A DNA stretch of 64,000 nucleotides from Takakia lepidozioides (lineage: Eukaryota; Plantae; Bryophyta): positions 62,620,001 through 62,684,000 of the forward strand of contig CM060734.1 in the NCBI GenBank assembly GCA_030704615.1, given 5' to 3'. The notes below the pieces were generated by a model, which worked only from the letters and a program-made list of their open reading frames with translations, was not told where the DNA came from and made no database searches. Position numbers and translations under genes: made by a program. This document shows positions 49,306 to 63,000 of the stretch, piece after piece; the first letter of the stretch is position 1; each line of letters starts with the position of its first letter.

Positions 49306-50786
49306 TATGGATGAATGAAAGGCGGGATGTTTCCCAACGGTTCGCTGAGGACCCCTAAATTTATGCAGGTACAATCAATGATGCGACATGACTGTCAGTA
49401 ATGAATGGACTCCACTAGTTTGTCCAGAGCGTTACGGCGCGGCAATCCGACGCCTTCATAAAGCGAACACCCTGGAATTATTGCGGGTTCCCATGACGGC
49501 GCTTATCCATGAGGGGAGTTGAATCATCCACTATTGCAGTCATCTCATCCAGTATACGTCTGTTTCATCCGCGAAGGCTCTTATTTCATCCAATGATAAA
49601 ATATTATTCATAGGTTCAATAATGAGGCATTGGGACGTGCATCTGGGATTTGATTGGTCTCACGTTTTCTCTACCTATACCTCATCTACGGCTCCACGTT
49701 CATTGCGGCTACTTAATGTCACCTTGCCATAGATGGCCGCCGGCTCATCACAATGGCCTTAAGAGGCGGTCACTTTCGTCGCCGACTATTCTTTCTCTTG
49801 TATCATTAATTCAACATTGGATTTGCTGCTTCTCTGGTGCTTTGGATGTCAGATTCCAGATCTCGAATCAGTTAGTTATTCGCATTAGCCGCAATAACTT
49901 ATGGACCCATTAATGTTCGGAGGATTTCAGACTCCTACTTGAATTTATGCTCTGGATGACACATAATAGCCACTAGATTACACGAAAGAGCATATCTAGG
50001 GCGACAATTTGTCGATCCATGACACTCCAAACACACCTCTATAATGTGAACACGTCGACCTCATACTGTTTGACAATCCGTATAAGCGCCTGCCATTTTT
50101 TCCCTCTCAGTTGCTCTGGCTCGCTAATCTTCAGGACTGTCTGTTTTACGTTCATTCTTCCTTTTGTACTCCTGTCAATATTGAGAACCTCTCCACTTCA
50201 TCTGGGTTTCTCTTCTGTCTCTCTACTCCTCTGTTCTCATCCACTGTCTGCAAAGATCTTACATACACACCCGACCGTTTTATGTACTTCGAATGATCAC
50301 TCGCACTACAGCTGTTTCGTTCATCCATGTTTTTATTTATTCATCCATTTTCTTACTTGTCATCCGAAACTCGTCTACCATTATTCATTCGTCCTTCATT
50401 TCCTCCATTTGAACCACGCACGAACGCCCGTCGATGTGGTTCTATTTCTGTTATGGAGTCGTAGACAATGTTGTGCATTCGGGTCGTAGCTTTAGCAGAT
50501 CCTATAATTTTCTACAAATTTCTGTTTCGACCAATAGAGACCTACGTTCTACATTCTAATACATAATCCGAGAGTCCGAGTTCTATTTTCAATTTCCAAA
50601 TCATTATAACCCTAAACGCGGGCGATCGCTCGAGGTTCTTTTTCATCTTCATCCTCAGTTTTTTTAAACAACCTTCAGTAACTTATTGTCTCATTCTTTC
50701 TTAGTGTCCATCGATATAGTGCCGAATCATTAATCACCAGAATCTCTACTGTAGGATACACGCGCGATCGCGCGAGGTTCGTGGAA

Positions 50787-53700
50787 ATGTCGTTGTTCCA
50801 AACTGGTCAACAAGTTTTCCTCACTCTTCAGGGTTGGAACTCTATCGTCGCAACAACATAATGTCTCAACGTCACTGGTTGCGGAAGTTGCCATGGACGA
50901 CAGCTAAACGGGTCCACAATATCTGTTGTTATAGTGTCTTGCGATCCGACACATTCTTCTGTGTCGTTGCCATATCCGCACATGGATGCGGACTCTTTGG
51001 GAGAAGCAATTGGAACACCTGTCGTTTGGGATGTGGTGCAAATTCAAAAAGATACTGGGACTGACACCAACACCAACAATGAGGTTCCTTAGTTCTCGGA
51101 GGTCGCATTGACATCTGCGGCTGATTACCATCCAAAATTCAATGAACAAATTGAATCTGGCATGTCAAGGCTGTCTCCGAATAACGATGTTGCTATGGGT
51201 AGAGACAGTTGGAGAAATAAACTGTGTATTTCTCCTTGGAGATGAACAAAGTGCTTTGTACGAGGGCAGAATTCAAGCATGTCATCCTGACGAGGTGATA
51301 CTTTGTGAGAAAGTTGGAGAACATCACGTCGGGGTGCTCGTTACAAGGATTTTGAATGGCGGTTCGACCAATCTCATGTGTCTCGTGAACTGGCCATTGA
51401 CGCAGACTCGGTTCATTGATAGTGGCAGGACATTGTCACATGAGCTTCATAGATTCATCAATAGTCGGGAACAAACAGATATTGGTCATAACGAGAAAGG
51501 TGTGAAAAAAGCAGCATACCGGCATTTCAACAGACCAAAAAAAGATCCGAAAAAAGACGATTCCAAAAAGATAAATACTCGCCTCTCTATGCAGGCAGTT
51601 CGAGAAGTCAACTACAAACAATGTTGCAATTTACAGTGTTGCCAATATTTCGATTGGAGAAAAACACTCGCTATCCAGACCGCTTATTGGGGATCCTCTT
51701 ACGACGAACGGAGAGAGCTCGGTTTTGATGTTCCCAAAAGACTTCATCAAATCGACGGGGTTTCGACAAAGGCCTATATAACCATTGAGGGCGTTGATGT
51801 GTGTGAGACAGCTTGGTGGACAATTCACGGAATCGGTCGTTCAACCTACATGGAATACAAAAAACTAAGCAGAGAGGGTGTGGTTACACCGTTGCACGGG
51901 AATTCCGGAGTGAAACGGCCTCGTCCACAAACACGACAAGCTGAAGGAAACTTAATGTCAATTATAAACGGAAATTCCGATCTCATGCCTCATAAGACCC
52001 GTTGTATTGGAGACGGATGGAGAGATACTCTTCGAGTTCTCCCACCTGAATTGAACTGGAAAAAACTTCGCGAAGAGTGTAATGAGGTCAATTTTTTTTT
52101 TTTTTACCACTTTTCGAATTCTATATTTTTGGGGACCTTCCCTGTTTTGCTTCCACGCAATGTATCAGACCTCTCACTATTAAAGCTCGGGTGATCGCGC
52201 GAGGTTCATATCCCCCTGTCTGTCTTGCAGGCGAATAAAATATGTGGATTGAAGCCTATCTCCCAGGCAGCCGTCAGCAGAATCAGACAACGGATTTTTC
52301 CCAATGTCGAGGTTAGAAAAAATGGTAGCACGTTTGTCAAATGCACAGACTGTGAGATGCTCAAAGAACTAATCAAGAAGTCGGTCAAACGTAGCGATGA
52401 GCAGGCCTCGCACAAGAAAGCACTTGATAAGCACCTCAGGCTTCAGGAGTCTTGCAGGAGACTCTATCACAGCTGGAGGAATGAATTAGCTATGATGTCG
52501 TCCGAGTTCCTCTGCATCATTCATGACAAGGTGGATCATCGGAAAACAGCTATTCCAAGGTTGCAGACGACGAACAAGATGGTCTCTGGCTTAGGTCAGC
52601 TTCCAATCTTGCTAACCGGAATGGTCACACATGGCCACAGGGACGGAGCCTACGGACAGTACTCTCTGGACTTCTGGCCGGGAGACCCGAACTTCACGAT
52701 TGGCTCTCTAGCAAGATGCCTCCGCTAACTAGAGAAGCCCTCTTGCCGCGAAAGTCGTAACATCTTTGACCACCCACCTCAGAATTCCTTTTTCGAATCT
52801 CTCATGAAGGGTAAATCGAGGTGTCTTGACGTCCTGAAACCTTTCGGCGATAAGGAGAAGAAAAAAAGAAAAGTCACACTTCCGCGAAGACTCTACCTGC
52901 AGTTGGACAACTGCGTGAAGGAAAACAAAAATAGGTGGATGCTGGCTTTTCTGTCGCTCCTAACTGCAAGAGGAGTGTTTGAGGAGATTCAGATGGGATT
53001 TCTCATGGTTGGCCATACCCATGAGGACATCGACGGATTCTTCAATTATTTATCGAAAAAGCTGAAGAAAAACAACACCTACGTTCTCTCCGATCTTATG
53101 AGGTTTTTTATAATATCTCAAGATCTGCAATTTATTCCTCAAATCATTCAAGAGGTGCCAGATTTCAAGGCGTATGTGGACGGTTGCATTCTCGATGGAA
53201 AAGATGCTTTAGTTGGGCAAACATAAATGCATGTATTTCGATTCTATGTAGATGAAGATGGTTGGCCTGTCATGAAGTTTAAGAAGTTTGCTACTGATTC
53301 TGAGTGGCTCCCCAAAAAAAAGTGCGGTGAAGATGTAGAAGTCGAATCCCGATGGATCTCCAAAGTTCCCTATGGCAGTACAACCCAGGGCTGTAAAAAA
53401 AACACCAATTTGGGGTGTGGGAGATGACTTATCCGAAAAACAGTCTTTTATCAAAACTGAAATTAAAAAATACTGGGAGTTCTGGAAGAAGGGGATGATG
53501 CTTGACGATCATTATCGTGACATCATGATACAGTATGATCAATACTGGGAAGCAATCCTTGCAGAACTTGATCTTCCCATTCCTGGAGAATCACGACATT
53601 CAATCGCGCTTAAAGGGGGTTTTTGGCCCTCAACCAAATGGGCTGTCAACCACCACAGAGCCGGAATCCATACACCCGCAGAGGATGATCTGTCGGAAGA

Positions 53701-54170
53701 AGATAAAGTCATGGAGCCGTAGCCCCCGATGTGATAGACCGAAGCAGCCTCTAAATCCGTTCAAGGACATTGAGAACGGATTCTTCGTCTTGGCTCGACC
53801 AGTAGATACTGCGACGTTTCCAGTTTGGATGGGGATGGCAATAACGGATGTGGTCCGCGACAGAGGATCCAGGAATTTTAAGAAGGTTCACGTCCAATAA
53901 TGGAGACCCAAGAAAGGAGGAAGCCCTTCCGATTTGGACAGGTACAAATATTGTTCATCCAAAGTTTGGGAGTTCAATCCAGATGATCCCCCTCAATGGA
54001 TTCACATTAACTCTGTCGTTTGGACAATGTCCGTCAGAAAAAACACGACACGTAATAGCTCCAAGAAAATTACCGCAGTGGAAGCGGAGAAAGCACGAGC
54101 AAATTTGGATGAGGCCAATCAACAGTCAGACAATGAAAACAATGCAACCTCGGGCAGAGAACAAGGTTGA
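50787..54170 (+). pseudogene. Sola1-like DDD transposase, intron 52087-52230, disrupted
   Basis: Cys clusters (CCNLQCC; CTDC...H), CIIHDKVD, LYLQLDNCVKENKN, FLMVGHTHEDIDGFF; TAA stops at 52726 and 53224 plus frameshifts; superfamily assigned from motif recall only. Confidence 0.75.
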
Positions 54171-54889
54171 CAAGGACATATTGTGGAGGTTCACTTCTCG
54201 GCATGTTTTCAAGAATAAAACTAATGTTTTACCTCCACTCTCCATTTGTTTCTCTTCACGTGTTCAAATATTAATCTACCTTCTTTGCCAGCCATCAGTT
54301 TTTTTCCGGACCTCATCTCTGTAATGTTTCAGGAACCTCGAGTGATCATCCGGAGTTCCTAGTTTTTCTGATGTCACTGCTTGCTTCTCTTTGCAGTTCC
54401 TCTCTCACATTACACCCATTTCTTTTGGTTCTCTGGTTCTCACCAAAGTGTCTTCTCCTCAAAAGATTCGCACATCTCCTTCATTCTCGGTCCACATGGT
54501 CGTATTGTTGGGCTCAATATGATTGGTCTAAAAAATGTCCTGAGTATAAACCGCGTGACAATTTGTGAAAGTTGTTGCTTCAATGGATAAGCTTACTCGC
54601 GGTTTACTGCTTATGAATATTGTGAATATTGTGAATCTTCTCCCATTACTCGTCAGTAGCTTTCTGTAAGTCTGGCTTCAAGTACAGAGTTACATTTCCT
54701 TTACTGCCTTTTCGGACTATCTTAAGATTCTTCTCAATTTTCTTTGTCACTAATCAGTCCTGAACCTCGCTTTGCCACCCGTTATTCCGTGTCATCTCAG
54801 GTCAATTTATCTTGGGTCTGTTTATCTTATTAGGACCTTCTAAAGACAATACTTCTGGGGCTTTCAGTCCTTACATTGTCCTCACCTTA

Positions 54890-55775
54890 AACCATATACC
54901 CTAAACCTAATTCGAATGTTTGATGCGCATTCTTCAAGGGTTACAAGGTTGGGCATAATAGAATGGCCCTTGGGATATTTAATTCAAGTCTAATTTCTTA
55001 GGTGACAAGTCACTTGTACACTTTCCCAGTTTTTTTGGTCCATTCATACCCAGTAGTATGTTTACTACACTACTCAACTCCGTACCCTAAAACCTAATTC
55101 CAATGTCTGATGCCTATTTAATTTATTGCTTCCAGTTTTGGGTGCGGTTGAAGTGGAGGGGATATTTCCTGAATTGTTGTACGACCTCCACATAAAGACT
55201 CACATTCCATAATTGTTTGTCCATTTATAGTTCTCTAAACCCTAAACCCTAAGCCCTTAAATGTAACTCCATTGTTTGATGCGCATTCTTCATAGATTAG
55301 ATACAATCTGTGGTTGGGAAATTTTATTCCCTAAACCCTAAATCATAGGTGACAAGTCATCTGTACCCTTCCCAATATTTTCTTTTCCATTCATACCAAG
55401 TACTATGGTTAGTACCCTCGCAAACTATATACCCTAAAACCTAATTTCAATGTTTGATGCTTATTTATTTATTACTTCCAATTTTGGGTACGGTCGAAGT
55501 GGCGGGGATAATATTTCATGAATTGTTCTACGTATGGGTAAAGACTCAAACTCCAGTTTTTCTAAATTCCTAAACCCTAAACCAAACTCCACTGTTTGAT
55601 TCACATTCCTCATAGAAATTTGGATACAATCTGTGGTTGGGATATTTCATTAACAAATTTTCATAGGTGCCAAGTCATCTGTACACTTTCCCATATTTTA
55701 TTTTCCATTCATACCAAATACTATGTTTCAATGTACCCTAGCAAACTCTATAACCTAAAACCTAATTCCAGCTTG
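54890..55775. repeat. Subterminal tandem repeat (about 345-bp A+B dimers, roughly 2.5 copies) headed by telomere-like CCCTAAA motifs
   Basis: accctaaa(a)cctaatt..aatgtttgatgc recurs at about 54898, 55084, 55240, 55431, 55570 and 55755. Confidence 0.8.
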
Positions 55776-56256
55776 GTTCAATGACTTTATAGCTTAATCT
55801 ATATGACACTCTTCCACAATATTTGGTTGTCATTTGAACCTTTTGGAATGATCCCTAAATATTTTGAAACATAATTCACATGTTTCATTGAAATCCAACC
55901 TTATTAAAATTCAACGTTTTAATCCATCAATTGAAAACTCGCAATACATTGGTTTATGGTACTACTATACTGTAAGCATGGTATGGATGTTTACTTTTCA
56001 TTTGTATATTATCTTTTTGAATCATCTGATTATGTCATACATCTGTCAATTTATTAATAACTTCATTCAATCGATCTTATCTTTATAATTTTCTGATGCA
56101 AAGTACGTCATTGGACTTACCATTCGATGTTACATGAATGGGATTGTGTAACTTCACAAGTTAAATGACTCAATATTCCACGATATTATTATTATTACCT
56201 GAATTAATTTTATATATTAAGTTTGGTCCGGATTTAAGCCAAAAGTCCGGAATTAC

Positions 56257-58430
56257 TTAAAATAGGGTTCAAAGAGCCCGTCAATGAATTAGATCCCATC
56301 CAGGTTGGCTCTAACAGTCTGAGATTTGCAGGGTAGGATGCCAGAGAGATCCAATATGTGGGCAGACCACTGGTAAGCAAATCCCAGCCAGCCACAGACC
56401 TTCTATTAGAGAGGTTGGAGGTGGGCGAAATCCTGGGGATGAGAGCACCGTTTTCCCATAAGTGAGAGAAGTGGCTAATGTTAGCTGCCTCCCAGTGAGC
56501 CCAACGGCCGGAACATTTGAGCAACAATTCAGATTCACCGTTGGAGTTGCCAAATAGTGGCTGTCTGTGGGCTTGAGCTGTAAAAGATGAGGACGCATTC
56601 TAACCCATGCAGCCCAGATTGTTTTCCAGGCCTCAGAGCCAGCATTGGGTACTCTATTGGAAGAGCCACCTTGTACTATCCATTTCAGCAAGGGAGGCCA
56701 CAGAGGTGAAGAAGAAGGCCTGGCGTTCAAGATATGGTGCCTAACCAAGATACTCCAAGGAGCTTTGAGGTTGGAGAACAACCGAGGCACCTATTTTGCC
56801 AACAACGCACAGATTTGTGTATCCGGATCAAAGATGCCAAGTCCCCCTAGCTTTTTCTTTTGCGTGATCTGATCCCAATTCACAAAAGCTCTTCTATTTG
56901 GTCTGGTTTGAGATCCCCCCCAGATGAAGTTACGAATGAGAGACTTCGCTTTCTTAATCATAATCGATCTAGGTGACCAGACTGCTGAACCGAACCAGCA
57001 AGAATTGGAGAGGATCTGGTTTGCTACCAGAGCTCTACCCACAATAGATAGCTCCAATAAGCAAACTTTCTCTTTAGCATAGCAAGGGTAGGCTCCCATC
57101 TTTGGAGATCACTTAAACCGTGCCCGATTTGGTAACCTAAAAGCACATGTGCTTCCCCCTACTGCAGCCATCGAAGATTGTCTTCCTCTCCCCAAGGCTG
57201 ACGATGAGAATCAGCAGCTTCAGCCGAAAGCTCGGATAGCAACCCCACAGATTTACCCCAGTTCACCCTAAGACCAGAGGCCTCAAAAGGTGGATAACGA
57301 TCTAAGAGTACAGGCCACATTTTCAGAAGAGCTGTTGTCAATAAGCAGCACGGTGTCGTCTGCATACATGAAGGATTTTACACTGTAATCGGAGAGGGGG
57401 GGTGAGGTACCCTGAGGCCCACTATATCATCACGGTCCTGCAGGAGATGACCCAATCCGTCCGCAGCAATAAGGAAGAGAAAAGGGGAGAGGGGACAACC
57501 TTGCCTAACAGAATGAAAGAGGCGAAAAGGTTTAGATAAGGCTCCATTAATCATAATCTTACTACTAGCGGAAATGAGGAGGATTTTGACCCAATCTAAA
57601 AACCCTCCAGAAATGTCACACCTCTCAATTGCAGCGAACAGATAGTCCCAGCCAATGTTGTCAAAAGCTTTTTCGAAATCGAGCATAAGGAGTGCCAGAG
57701 GTTGACTAGCTACTTTCGCATGGTGCAAGGCTTCATTCACTAGGAGAATGTTGTCGAGTATCATTCTCTTCTTAATAAAGCCAGATTGCTCAGGGCAAAT
57801 GAGCTTGTTCAACAAAGGCTGGAGGCGAATGGACAACGCTTTGGCAATAATCTTGTACACCGAGTTCAAGAGAGTAATAGGCCTATAGGTGCGGCTGTCA
57901 TCTCTATTGCCTTTTTTAAAGATCAGGGTAATGACCCCTTGAGATAGTTGGGAGGGCATAATGCCCTTTGCCAAAATATCGTGCGTCGTGGCCAATAAAT
58001 CCCCACTCATTTCAGCCCAAAGGGCCTTGAAAAGTTCCACCGGCAAGCCATCTAAACCTGGAGACTTGAAAGAAGAAAGCATTTCTAGGGCATCCCCCAG
58101 CTCTATCTCAGAGAAGGGGGCCGAAAGAGATTGCAGCTCCTCAGTCGAGATGATGGAAGGAATAGGGTCCAAGACCGCATTCTTAGAGGCCGTATGCTAC
58201 TAGCTGACTTTGGATCTGCTGAACAGGTTAGCGAAGTAAGAGGCCGCATAGGATGTCATAGCTTTTGGGTCAGAGAGAGGCACACCCTGGTGATCCGCGA
58301 AGGAGCTGATTGTCGTTGCATCTCTGTGTTGTTTAGCCTTTTGGAAGAAGTACTGCGACATTTTTTCCCCCCTTTAAAGTCCAGTTGATACCAGCCTTTC
58401 TACGGACGGCATCCTCCTTGGACTGAAGTA
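56257..58430 (-). mobile_element. L1-type LINE, reverse-transcriptase half
   Basis: KSPGLDGLP, YRPITLLNSVYKIIAKAL, LDFEKAFD, VRQGCPLSPFLF, MYADD (about 57355), KKLGGLGI. Confidence 0.92.
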
Positions 58431-60299
58431 GCCCTTGATACATAATATATATAATATATTAAACTATTAATGCATATCATGATGCATTTGTTGATTTGTT
58501 TGCGTAGATATGATTATGTGTGTTAGTTCTTGACTAGGGAGGGCGAAATGATGCCCATTAAGGAATGGAGGGGGTGCGTCAATATGCTGTGGAGGGAGGC
58601 CTTAGAAACACACACTTGGAATGTATGGCATTTAGAAATACATTTCATTTTGATTCCTTTCAAGATGACAACAAGAATGTATCCATCGCTTACGTGGGTA
58701 ATAATCCATATCCATAACAAATGTGTCTACCAATTGGAAGTTTCATCATACGTCTTTCTCATAAATGAAGCAATACAATTTTGCTCCCTTTTGTAGCCTT
58801 TCATTTTGATTCCAACAAAAGGGGACGGAGGCCTTGCATGTCATATCAAACAGCAAGCTATGAACTATGAACCTTGTCACCAAAACTACAACTACAATTT
58901 AAAACTACTAGGAAGATCCAGCTCGCTTTCTAAGTCAAAGAGAAAAGCAGGAAATCTTCGAAACATCTGAAAGCATTCAATCTTCTAAAGAACTAGAAAG
59001 AGTAGAAGAAAGAAAGAGGAAAGAGGAAGAGGATTTCCCTGTAGGTTAACGGGGGGTACATTGTTTTGATCAGTAGGTTTCGTGGACCAGTTTTTTCATA
59101 TCCTGTTTGAGAAGAATGTTGTCAGGGACCTATTACCTTCAGTGTGGTTGGGTATGGCAGGTGTAAGGGAGCCATTAGTTCTGTTTTACCTGGATTGATA
59201 AACATCCTGCATATGTTGAAGTGGGCCCTCAGAGTCTTGGAGGATGTTTGGGTGATGTTCCAATATGTCAGCTGACAGTCTGGGACAATAACACATTGGT
59301 AGATGGGAAAGATACAGAACAAGCACACTTGAAATTGGTTGGCAAACTCGTGGATGAGTTCACAGATGGTTTGTCCACAGATGGATCGGAACTACAGAGG
59401 AAACTAAAACGCCGAGGAACTGCTGATGAAGAAGAGGCTCTGACAGACAAGTACTTCTTATGTAAGTATTAAGAAGATGACAACCTATGACCTCACGCAA
59501 GTTACACCTTCAAGAAATCCTTGAATCTTGCACTGAAAATTCTGTTGAGAATCTGTTTTGACATTCAGCCACGAAAGATACCAGCAAGTTACACCACTTT
59601 TGCCAATGGGTCAAACCAACTCGGCAACTTCCTTTACTGATAGAACAGAGCACAGAAGAAAATCACGACAACTAAATCCTTATTACTGTGGATGTGAATC
59701 TCAATTGTTGTGGGTCTCTGGACCCCCAAATTAGCTTCCTTCATCGACACAACTTGGGATTGACCATTTCTTCTCCTGTCTGTGAGCAATGTAGCAATGT
59801 TTCGAGAGGGGGACGCATATGATCGCTCTATTCTAACTCCTTCACGGTCGCAGGTATGGATCCGTGTTGCGGGCACTTCTGAGCGCGGATGCAGAAGCTT
59901 TGCCCAAGGCCCTGTATTCTTCTTGATCGGATGGACCCACATCATGCAGCGGGTTGAAGGGCGGGGCTGTGGAGCTGAAGTCTGGTTCGAGACCCTTGCA
60001 ATTGATGGCTACGAGCCCCTTCCAGTTTGCAGAGCAGGCGACGAAAGGTATGGACATGTATTTCCTGATGTGTTCTGTTTTCAATGTTTTCTGAAGGTTT
60101 TGGTATCTCCATTCCAGAGAGAGAGTGTGTGTGTTACAAAGTATGTCAAAGCTAGACAAGGAAACACTAAACACTATGTGTCGGGCAAGGGTGCGCCTCC
60201 TGCCATGGCATGGCCCTTCTTAGCCTCAATAGGTTTGACGGGTTTCTACCACCCTTGGCAAACACCTCAGCTACGGTGGTAAGCTCCGCAAACATCGGG

Positions 60300-63000
60300 G
60301 CGGTCTAGTATCTCTTTTTAATGACATCAGACAACCTGATTTAGGCACCATCGAACTGCCTCTACTCGGATCTGCCTCCATCCTTCCCTTAACATATCCT
60401 TACTAGAAAACCAGATGGACAAAGGTTAGACAAGCTGCAACCTATCCCATCACAATTCTGTGAGAAGAATGTACTCATAAGAGATTCTTTGCCATAGCCT
60501 TGGGCCATAAGACAGGGAATAGGCACTACCTTTGTGGCGGGCTCACTTCGGTAGTGGGACTTACCTTATATAAACAATTCGTTGGGGCTTACAGATTTCC
60601 TGTATAAAGCCTTTACACTAGCATCAATCTGCTGTGTGTGAGCTGCCCAGCTTGGCCTCGAGATTTTCAAAGTTGGTGAAAAGAGAACAATGTTCTTGAT
60701 GTTCCTGAAGAGGGACTCTCTGGTGAGAATATCCTGGACAATGTATCAGGAAATTATGGACATTGTCTTGAGGCTGCCTGGACATCAGACAGTCACAATC
60801 TCCTTTTCCTCTCTGCATTTATTTTTGTTTCAAAGGTAGGCTCCCCACCCTGGGTTTGAATTTCAGTCTAGTGCCACGGGTAGGTAGGCCCTTGAGATCA
60901 TCCTTAAGGTCCTTGCCCATGTCACAGCCTGGAAACAAGTTCAGGAAAGTCTTTTCCTAACTTCATTGTCCTCGGACAGTCTAGTGATCTGATTATGGCT
61001 TTAGACACTACAGCCTTCAGGTCAGCTTCATCTAGCAAGGTCAATGACTAAAGACTTCCAAATCTCTTATACCCTTTTCTGCCAGGACTCAGCCTGTTTA
61101 ACAGGATGGTCTTGCATCCAAGAAATGGAGTCAATTATCTTAGGGTTTCTGGTATTAGACATCCGATTCAACTGACCCCACCATCTGACCTTGAACTGAT
61201 CATGTCGAGAGCTTCGTCGAGGTGCAAGGACCGGCATATGAGCAAGGATATGTCATGCACTGGTTGAATTCATTGCTGATATTGGCGAAAGCCTGGGATA
61301 TATGAGGTAGATTAATCCTGCTGCAGAGTATACTCTTGAGTTGCACTCACGCGTATACCCGCTGGGTGCAAATTACTGTCAAGTGACAGTGAAGTGCAAG
61401 TGCAGTGGAAATGCCCACCAATGAATTTTTGTCCACTCTTCACTCTAGCAAGATTTTCAGTTTGAAAAGTGATTGCTTTCTTCCATCCCCAGTTTGGTGT
61501 TTGGCACTGGAAGTGACTGTCTTGATCGTTCCTTTCCAGTCCTAAATGTGCAAGCTGTTGCAGTGATGCAATAACCAATCTTGCCAGCAGATTCGGGGGA
61601 ACGGAATGGTGACAAGGGCATCAGATTTTGTTCCCAGGGTTTTGGAGTTCGCCTTTTCCACTTCTCACTCCACGAATCCTCAAGTTGGTGATTCAAAAGC
61701 AAGTTGAGTTCTTCCACACTTGCACTCTGCGTGTCAGGGGCTTTTTTGGTGTACCACTAGCTTCCATCTGATGTTCCATTTTGGCTCCATGTGCTCTATG
61801 GAGTTGAAGTCTTATTAAGGGCTGCCATTTCGTGTCCTATTATATTATCTGTAGCTCATCATACCTTCGATTATTTCGAAGGAATCCTATCTGTATAGGT
61901 CTTATCCGTACTGATTGTCAATGTAAGCCTGCAGTGTCGGCAAAACCCCTTGTCTTTTCTTCTCTTTAGTGGACCAACATTCCTACTCTATCTGTGTGAG
62001 GCAGATAGCAGTCAACAAACCGATGGGCCTACAGCTGCTTCCTGGGGATCTTCTTCAGCGGACCATCCACACACAGTTACAATGGCCAACTGCTGTTCAA
62101 GAGAAGAAGAGTCACGATCTTGCAGCCCTCCACCCACTTTGTCAACTGAAAGACCTTTGGAAACCCCCTCCGTTCCATCGGCTTGGAAGAGGCCCCTTGG
62201 GTACGGGACCCCATAATCCACATTGGACTTTATTCAACTGTCAAACTAAGTTGTTGCCGAACCCAAAGTATTAAATGGCGTGAAGAGATTTTGTCCATCA
62301 TTAAGTTCTTGGGCTTCTTGTATTCCAAATTTTTCTTATGGTTCTTGGCAGAGTGGTTGTCTGTGCAAACTTACGGCTGCCAAGTCTTGACTTGATACTG
62401 AACTGGCTGCTGGAACATCTGCAAGCACTGGCCATAGTATGCTTGATGAGTGGTGGTCTGATGAGCTGTATATCAACATTTAACGAAGCAGGCTATTTAG
62501 TGTACATGTGCTGTTAGCCCATCACATGTTACTACAGAAAAATCCCCATGTCTTGATGTGATCATGCAGGTGCTGGAGGGAAACCAGCTCGAAGAGAGGT
62601 CACTGTTACTTGGTGGAACACAGTTGATAATCAAAGTCTAGTCAAGGTATTCTCATCACTGCAGTCATGCACTTTGTTGGTCTTTATCTCGTGAGACTTC
62701 TCTCCCTGGCATAGTTGGAACCTCCTGTTCTTTAGTCTTCTGTGATTTTCAGCTTAACGTCTTCTGATTTGATAAGGGGCAGGTGTACTCTTCTGTCAAG
62801 AAATGGAAGATGGTTGTGAGGTAGTGATATCCAGCAACGACTTTACGATCGACACAATAATGCAAAGCCTGCTTCTCGAGTGCCTCACTGCCAGTGGAAC
62901 TTCCAGGTTCATGTACACCTAAAAATTAAGTCCCACATTTATCTTCAAAGATTCCTCAGAACTGGGTTCTCAAGCTTTAGGCAAGAATATAGTTCATGTT
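60300..63000 (-). mobile_element. Heavily decayed non-LTR retrotransposon
   Basis: Endonuclease-like remnants (LGVHE..., SSDHH) at about 62.4-62.9 kb and a CCHC-like CDC...HNFLIHCPGY at about 60.7 kb; boundaries approximate. Confidence 0.4.

Larger units (their letters stand above)
11598..56256. mobile_element. Giant (44.7 kb) composite DNA transposon, Sola-like, inserted into the LINE
   Basis: Left end GTAAATCTGGACT versus right-end reverse complement GTAATTCCGGACT (11/13); TTAA at 11594-11597 and 56257-56260; the flanks are two collinear halves of a minus-strand LINE; contains a DDD transposase. Confidence 0.6.
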
